DNA of 64,000 nt from Opitutales bacterium (GTDB taxonomy: Bacteria > Verrucomicrobiota > Verrucomicrobiia > Opitutales > PNEW01). Of this stretch, positions 57,926-64,000 are shown piece by piece. The position numbers and the translations under genes are program-made. Each line of letters starts with the position of its first letter. Within the stretch, counting starts at the first letter, position 1. The stretch is from the NCBI GenBank assembly GCA_965197745.1, contig CBDANS010000007.1:64001-128000 (forward strand). The letters are read 5' to 3'. Below the pieces are notes generated by a model. That model did not search any database. It saw only the letters and a program-made list of their open reading frames with translations, and had not been told where the DNA came from.

Positions 57926-58873
57926 TTATAAACTTTCTGATAATAGAAAAAGCTCATCGGTTCGTTGCAACAGCCACCGTGCACGACTCTGCATCACCAG
58001 GTTAGCAAGTCGCCATTCTGGTTTGGCATTGGGATCGATAGCTAACGCGCGGTTGAGCAAAGATCGGAATTCAATAATATCCTGCTCTTTTACCGATACA
58101 GATTCAGCAAATGATACTAAAGGACCGGCATGGTACCCCCCATTAAGTTCCATCGCTCTTTCAAAATGCTTCCTCGATCTCACGATCGGATCCCCTTCAA
58201 CTCCCTGGCGGCTCAATTCAAATACGATTAAAAATGTGTGAATTGAACCGTCGTCGAAAGACTCATCCAATTCAAGGGCACGATCAATGAGTGCTTCCAC
58301 AATTGGCAGTTCAGCGACGAGATAGGGATCGTTCTTGGAAATGGAAATAACTGCTGCCCAAGAAACAGCCGTCCAATAGAGTAATGGTAGATCATCTTCC
58401 CCTATTAAACCGACTGCTGACTCTGGATTATCGCGCAGCTTTAATGCAAAATCTCGATGCTTTACCTCAAGACCACTTAAACCGTAATTTCTAGCACGAA
58501 GATACAGTTTTCTGGCCCTCGCTCGATATTCGGTTGCCGCAGCTAAATTCTCGTCTTCTATCAGATCGGCCTCTTGCTGGACAAATGCATAGGCATACTG
58601 AGTGAAGCCACTTGATGTGGCAAAAAGCAGCCCCTTATGTCTTGGGCTTTCTGCCAACAAACTTTCCATCAACTTAAGACTGAATGGAGTTGCTGCTTTA
58701 ATAAGTTCGGGATCATCATCGGATGCATAGGTTACACCCCCACTTGCAAGCGCATCGCCCAATTTATTAACAGCCATTCGCCTGATGGAACAGCCCGTTG
58801 TTAATAGACAAAACAGGGTAGTTAATATTATCCAATTTCCAATGACACTTTTATGATGGGTGTGAAAAATCAT
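57926..58873 (-). CDS. TRAP transporter TatT component lipoprotein
   Basis: Lipobox LTTGC; DDDPELI..A.PF.LK..E.LL; TPR-like helices; adjacent to dctP. Confidence 0.82.
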   Translation of the reverse strand: MIFHTHHKSVIGNWIILTTLFCLLTTGCSIRRMAVNKLGDALASGGVTYASDDDPELIKAATPFSLKLMESLLAESPRHKGLLFATSSGFTQYAYAFVQQEADLIEDENLAAATEYRARARKLYLRARNYGLSGLEVKHRDFALKLRDNPESAVGLIGEDDLPLLYWTAVSWAAVISISKNDPYLVAELPIVEALIDRALELDESFDDGSIHTFLIVFELSRQGVEGDPIVRSRKHFERAMELNGGYHAGPLVSFAESVSVKEQDIIEFRSLLNRALAIDPNAKPEWRLANLVMQSRARWLLQRTDELFLLSESL

Positions 58874-58958
58874 GGAAAATATGAGGATTACCGTTCTATA
58901 CTTAAGGCTGCATTCTACTTATTAGATGGAACCTATAATTTTCCTATAGAGTTAGTAA

Positions 58959-59085
58959 CCTTCGCCAACCCTATTTTTGAAATCTGGAAATCTTATTAAC
59001 ATTCTAGTGATCATTATGCAGTAAGGATGCCAATAGGTATCTTAAATTGTAAGTTATTGATAGCAAAATAATTAGAAATTTTACT
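58959..59085 (-). promoter_or_regulatory. sigma54 promoter block, copy 2, with IHF site
   Basis: TGGCATCCTTACTGCA at 59017-59032; TATCAA-TAAC-TTA (WATCAAN4TTR) at 59050-59062; upstream of tatT. Confidence 0.75.
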
Positions 59086-59154
59086 GGGCTAGGATGATGT
59101 TAACTTGATTAGATAATCGTAAATCCACCACCGATTAGGCGCTATTATCTCCGA

Positions 59155-61500
59155 TTAAAAGCGTCCGGTAATCTGAACGCCGACAAATCGCGGGGGGCCT
59201 GCGATAAATGTAGGCAGGCCGAAGTTCGCTCCCGTATTGCCGGCATCGATGAGGTAGTCCTCATCGAGAAGGTTTTTCACGTAGCCCGAAATTTCCCATC
59301 GATCACCAGGAAGACGCAATCCAAAGCGGAGGTTGAGCAGACCGTAATCGTTCTGTTCAACACCGAAACCGAAGGGATCGTTGTCTTCCTCAAAAAACAA
59401 ATGGGATCTCCAGGTGTAAGTCGGGGTGACGAAGAAATCACCCAAATTACCAACGGGGGTAACAAAGTTTGCCCCGATAGCGATAGAATGTTTTGAGGTC
59501 AATCGAAACCGGTTTCCGGCAAATAATTGAGGATTACCGATAGAGTCGGTCTCGTCAAAATTAGCGTCCAGCCAGCTATAATTTCCAAAGAGACTAACCC
59601 CTTCCGTAAGCAGTGCGTTGAAGGATAATTCAGCGCCATAGGCAGAAGCGTTCCCGGCATCTATGGTGTCAACTTGAAGCTGATCATTAATTATATTTGT
59701 TTGAAAATTTTCGTAATCGTAAGTGAAGATTGAAGCATCATAAAGTAATCGACCGTCCATGATGACACCCTTAATGCCGAGTTCATAACTCCAGACAATT
59801 TCATCGCTTAAGGTTTCAGGACCTGCTTCATCCACTTCGATAACATTGGGGCGACGTCCTCGCGAGACGCTGGCAAAAATACTTGTATTTTCATTAAATT
59901 TATACCGAGCAATGATGCGACCCACAAGGGATGTAAAATCATCGCTACCGGTGATTCGGCCATTGGTAGGCGAGAAGATATTATTGGGAACGGGCGAACC
60001 CGGGAGAAGGGGCCCGAGAGTGCCGGGAAATAAACTATTGGTCACTTCATATGCAGCCTCGACTTCTTCATAAGTTCCTCTCAAACCTGCGGTTAATTCT
60101 AATTTATCGGTTAATTCGTAAGTTCCATCAATGAAGATCTCAAAGGCGGAAGTATCCCCATAATTGGTAAAAGCCTCCTCATGAAAATCCTTCAAGGGAG
60201 CGCCGGCCAAGGGCCCGAAGATCTGTGGGATGTTTGGCAGATTTGCCACCAGATTGGGACTACCATCAGGAAAGATAAGCGGTTCAATGGGGACGGGGAC
60301 GCCCACGCTGTTAAGGAGGGGAGTTAATAATGGGTACAGGCTTCTTTCATCGGTACGAAAGGGTACTCTTTGGGATCCTTCTTCATGAAAATAACTGGCG
60401 CCGACAAAGCCGGTTAAGCGACCTTCGTTACCGTAATTGAAACGGACTTCCTGGCTGAACTGTTTGCCCTCAGCATCTTCGGCAAATTCCAGGGCAAAAG
60501 CTTGTGAACCATCGGCATCAAATTCTTCGAAAGAATCGAATTCACGATAGCCGGTGATAAGGGAGAGACTCCAGACATCATTTATTTGGATATCGGCGAG
60601 CGCAGTGATACCCCAAACCTCACGGTCTATAAATAAATTGGTACCGCGATTAAGTTCTGCCGCTGAAAATGGACTGATATCGCCACCGGTAGGGATGTAT
60701 ACTTTATTTTTAAAAGAAGTGCCTGAAGAAGTATCGGTCTGGTAGTTGATGATAAAATCAATGACCGTCCGATCGTTAGGAATTAATAGAAATGAACTTC
60801 GAATAGCGAAAGTTTCAGTCCCGTTTAAGTCCCCACCGGCAATATTATCGAGATAACCGTCTCTATTTTTATAAATAGCAGCGACCCTGCCGAAGACTTT
60901 TTCTTCAACAATTGGGGTGTTGTAGAATCCTGAAATCAACCATTGATCAAAATTTCCATAACCAAATCGAATTTCCCCCAAGGTGTCATCAACCGCTTTA
61001 TTTTGAATAATGCTAACCGCACCTATTTCTGCAGCTCGTCCAAAAAGGGTGCCTTGAGGCCCTTTTATAACTTCGACCCGTTCAATATCAAACAGCTCGA
61101 CGACTGACCCTCGTGATCTGCTGATTGATACTCCATCCTGAAAAATAGAGACACGTGGCTCGATATTGGCTTCACCACTGTCGCTGGTGATCCCTCGAAT
61201 GACGAATCCGGGGTTATTGGGGCTTTGTTCCTGTATTTCAAGACCGGGGACAAATGCCGCTAATTCACTTAATTCATCAACATTTATAGTATCGAGAAAA
61301 GCACTGTCATAGGCGGTTATGGTAATAGGAACTTCCTGAATGATCTGCTCGCGCTTTTGGGTGGTGACCACGAGTTCTTCAAGTTCTATGACAGCGTCCT
61401 GTGCTTCCACCTTCAAATTACATAAGGCCAATGTCAGTGAAAGAAATGTTTTTAATAAAAACGATGCAGAATAAATAGATGGAGAAGCTTCTATTTTCAT
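59155..61500 (-). CDS. TonB-dependent receptor
   Basis: EELVVT TonB box, plug motif IERVEVIKGPQGTLFG, and C-terminal Phe. Confidence 0.95.
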   Translation of the reverse strand: MKIEASPSIYSASFLLKTFLSLTLALCNLKVEAQDAVIELEELVVTTQKREQIIQEVPITITAYDSAFLDTINVDELSELAAFVPGLEIQEQSPNNPGFVIRGITSDSGEANIEPRVSIFQDGVSISRSRGSVVELFDIERVEVIKGPQGTLFGRAAEIGAVSIIQNKAVDDTLGEIRFGYGNFDQWLISGFYNTPIVEEKVFGRVAAIYKNRDGYLDNIAGGDLNGTETFAIRSSFLLIPNDRTVIDFIINYQTDTSSGTSFKNKVYIPTGGDISPFSAAELNRGTNLFIDREVWGITALADIQINDVWSLSLITGYREFDSFEEFDADGSQAFALEFAEDAEGKQFSQEVRFNYGNEGRLTGFVGASYFHEEGSQRVPFRTDERSLYPLLTPLLNSVGVPVPIEPLIFPDGSPNLVANLPNIPQIFGPLAGAPLKDFHEEAFTNYGDTSAFEIFIDGTYELTDKLELTAGLRGTYEEVEAAYEVTNSLFPGTLGPLLPGSPVPNNIFSPTNGRITGSDDFTSLVGRIIARYKFNENTSIFASVSRGRRPNVIEVDEAGPETLSDEIVWSYELGIKGVIMDGRLLYDASIFTYDYENFQTNIINDQLQVDTIDAGNASAYGAELSFNALLTEGVSLFGNYSWLDANFDETDSIGNPQLFAGNRFRLTSKHSIAIGANFVTPVGNLGDFFVTPTYTWRSHLFFEEDNDPFGFGVEQNDYGLLNLRFGLRLPGDRWEISGYVKNLLDEDYLIDAGNTGANFGLPTFIAGPPRFVGVQITGRF

Positions 61501-61529
61501 GGATATTTATTTGGTTTTACCCAAATAAG

Positions 61530-61546
61530 AGCAAAATGTTTGCCAA
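61530..61546 (-). promoter_or_regulatory. sigma54 promoter of the TonB receptor
   Basis: Minus strand TTGGCAAACATTTTGCT, GG-N10-GC, about 30 nt upstream of the ATG. Confidence 0.7.
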
Positions 61547-61839
61547 TTTGTGTTGATAATTCTCAATACAATAATGGTAAACGACTTAAGAATAACACAG
61601 CGCACCATACTTCTCTATGATGGACCTATTTTCAGCATCAGATGTCGTGAGGGTTACATTAGATGCATGTTCCTGAACGCTAATTGTATGTTTTGTCGCC
61701 GGGGTAAAAGCTTGTGTAAATGTATTAGGGATACATACCCCACCTCGCTTAATTCAAATATCTATAATATTGCTTTCACCGGTAATTCATTCATTAGGAA
61801 ATAGCGTGTAGCTAATTATCATACCTCATATGAAGGGCA

Positions 61840-61899
61840 GGGAATTAAATATTGATTGCGGTGTCAAGCGGGAATTAAATATTGATTGCGGTGTCAAGC
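61840..61899 (+). repeat. Perfect 30-bp tandem duplication
   Basis: GGGAATTAAATATTGATTGCGGTGTCAAGC occurs twice in tandem. Confidence 0.95.
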
Positions 61900-61933
61900 C
61901 AAAATTGGATTTTTAATGAAGGTTATCTAATGT

Positions 61934-62671
61934 ATGACAGATTCCACTAACAGTTCTCCCACATGGATCAGTCATCGAGGTTACAAAGAGACCGCGGTGG
62001 AAAATACCCTCGAGTCATTCAGGGCCGCTATAGGCGTTGGTTTCAACAACCTGGAAACAGATTTACGTTTAAGCAGTGATAATCAGTTAGTCCTGATCCA
62101 TGATCAAACACTGGAGAGAATAACCGGCGATACTAAACCGGTATTAATTTACTCACGCGAAAAGTTAGAAGCAATTAGATTAAGGAACGGTGAGAAATTA
62201 TTATTTTTTGATCAGTTTGCAGAAGAATTTGGAGGATGTAACTGGACTCTTGATATCAAACCGGAAGAAGGAAATAAGACAATCACTGAGCTTTTTGATT
62301 GGATAAAAAAAAATAATTCTGAAAAAGGGTTCAAAGAACGCGCAAAATTTGTAACCTGGGATGCGAACCAGGAAGAATTACTGCATAGCTTAATCCCCGG
62401 TGTTGCTTGCTATGCGAGCCATAAAGAATGTCGGCGAACGGGATTAGCGGCCCTTTTAAAAATGTCAGTATTTGGGAGCATAAAACCTGGCCGGACCTAC
62501 TCACTACCTGCCCGGTTTCATTCCATGCCGCTCTATCGCCGTTCAATCGCAGAAGCCTATCATCGAAGGCGGGCCTCCCTTTTGGCCTACCTGCCGGAAA
62601 CCGATGATGACGCCCGAGCCGCTAAGGAAGCGGGGTTCGATGAAATCCTAACCGATGGGAAAATCATTTAG
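61934..62671 (+). CDS. Glycerophosphodiester phosphodiesterase family protein
   Basis: SHRG, ENTLESF, ETD, LIHD and ILTD motifs. Confidence 0.88.
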   Translation: MTDSTNSSPTWISHRGYKETAVENTLESFRAAIGVGFNNLETDLRLSSDNQLVLIHDQTLERITGDTKPVLIYSREKLEAIRLRNGEKLLFFDQFAEEFGGCNWTLDIKPEEGNKTITELFDWIKKNNSEKGFKERAKFVTWDANQEELLHSLIPGVACYASHKECRRTGLAALLKMSVFGSIKPGRTYSLPARFHSMPLYRRSIAEAYHRRRASLLAYLPETDDDARAAKEAGFDEILTDGKII

Positions 62672-62793
62672 AATGCGATCGATTTATTTTTGATAAATTT
62701 GAGCAGGGAGCGTAATGGCGCGGGCTTTTTCGTTGCTTAATATATCGCAATCTATTCATAATTAAACGAACGCGTCGCAATTTAGATTTAAGT

Positions 62794-64000
62794 ATGGCTG
62801 GGAAATTCATTCCGAAAGATGATCTGCCGTTTGTCGAAACGGTAGCACGCATTGCTTATTGCAATCATTTTCTCAAGGAGAGAATTGATCTCGAAAAAGA
62901 AGCGTTAGGCAGTGATTACAAAGAGGACACACGAGATTGGAATATAAATCCGGTTGAGACTAGACGCAGTGCCAATCTGATTGCCATAATAGAACGGAGC
63001 AAAGAGGTAATTGAAAAATGCCGTAAAAATATAATTCGCGAAAAAGGCGCTGAAGCGCGGGAATTAAAGCTATACTTCGACTTTGTCTATTTTACCTATT
63101 TTCATGATTTTACTGATGCCTATGATAAGATTATAGCTTACGCCTATAAAAACAGATGTGATCCCGATCGCATAGACATGTATGATTCTTTTAGTGAAGT
63201 TTATAATCATTATTTTAATCCAGGATCTGTTAAGTTAGAGGCAGAATTTTCCTGTGCTCATTTATTTGCCTGCTTTTCACAAATACGGCGCGCTTTTTTT
63301 CATATCTTCCTCTTTATAATTGGAGCCTCACCGGCCGCGATGCGATTGCGATCAAGGGTTTGGCAGTCGATATTCACTCATGATATGGAACGATACCAGA
63401 AAACGCTATACAATCGCATGGGAGATATTATTACCCCCATTACGGGGCCCTCCGGATCTGGCAAGGAGCTGGTCGCGCAAGCGGTAGGCCTCTCACGATT
63501 TATTCCTTTTGACGAAAAGAAATGTCAATTTCATGAATGCTTTATTGAAGCCTTCTACCCTATCAATCTATCCGCACTCTCAGCCACCCTCATCGAGTCG
63601 GAACTGTTCGGTCACCGTAAAGGTGCGTTTACGGGAGCCCTGCAGGATCGCCAGGGGTACCTCGAAGTTTGCGGGCCCTGCGGCACGATATTTCTCGATG
63701 AAATAGGTGATGTCAGCAGCGATATTCAGGTCAAGCTGTTGCGGGTGCTACAGACCCGACAATTTCAACGACTGGGAGATACCAAACCCATACCTTTTTT
63801 GGGTAAAATCATGGGCGCGACCAACAAGGACCTTGCATCCGAGATGAACTGTGAGCGCTTCCGCAAGGACTTATATTATCGCATGTGTGCCGACCGAATT
63901 GAAACACTAGCCTTAAAAGATATCCTTACCGACAGTCCCGATGAATGCTTTTACCTCGTTCGTCATATCGCAAAAAAAGTGGCTGGGGAGGAAGTTGCGG
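62794..64000 (+). CDS. sigma54-dependent transcriptional activator (bEBP), runs off the window
   Basis: Open frame from ATG 62794 with [37 protein letters not shown] and FRKDLYYR. Absent from the ORF track because no stop lies in the window. Confidence 0.93.
   Translation, partial: MAGKFIPKDDLPFVETVARIAYCNHFLKERIDLEKEALGSDYKEDTRDWNINPVETRRSANLIAIIERSKEVIEKCRKNIIREKGAEARELKLYFDFVYFTYFHDFTDAYDKIIAYAYKNRCDPDRIDMYDSFSEVYNHYFNPGSVKLEAEFSCAHLFACFSQIRRAFFHIFLFIIGASPAAMRLRSRVWQSIFTHDMERYQKTLYNRMGDIITPITGPSGSGKELVAQAVGLSRFIPFDEKKCQFHECFIEAFYPINLSALSATLIESELFGHRKGAFTGALQDRQGYLEVCGPCGTIFLDEIGDVSSDIQVKLLRVLQTRQFQRLGDTKPIPFLGKIMGATNKDLASEMNCERFRKDLYYRMCADRIETLALKDILTDSPDECFYLVRHIAKKVAGEEVA

Noticed and set aside
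61840..61899. Mini CRISPR array
   Set aside because: Two abutting copies with no spacer, and no cas genes.

Overview
Bacterial 64-kb window with no rRNA, no intact tRNA, no CRISPR array, and no intact integrase or transposase. The short-repeat families loosely suggest a PVC-type (Verrucomicrobia-like) environmental genome; this is inference only. The window is a mosaic of four parts. (i) 1-17.8 kb: sugar/acid catabolism, with four enolase-superfamily genes, an ABC importer with a fused binding protein-permease, an Ldh_2 reductase, a sulfatase and a large putative glycoside hydrolase. An IS3-like end and a tRNA 3'-fragment att-like site lie at 7.6-8.0 kb. (ii) 18-34 kb: about 20 co-oriented, cassette-like small genes (GNATs, GrpB, HIT, methyltransferases, sulfotransferases, APH, VOC, cyclase, phosphoesterase). 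They are separated by broken attC-like sites and by a dispersed 55-75-bp repeat that ends in GTT. (iii) 34-54 kb: TetR/OsmC, oxidoreductases, four PhyH-like dioxygenases plus a frameshifted TauD, an AlkZ/YcaQ-like glycosylase, a secreted WD40-caspase protein, yjcH-actP and a fifth enolase. (iv) 54-64 kb: a sigma54-linked TonB receptor, a TatT-TRAP transporter, a GDPD and a partial sigma54 activator. The strongest candidate for an undescribed system is an integrase-less gene-capture landscape. It combines attI-like GTT-terminated repeats, half-attC scars and GGGGTC...GACCCC inverted repeats that bracket single-gene modules, plus a 105-bp duplication beside one module. Several start codons were reassigned by eye; all product calls are from motif recognition, not database searches.
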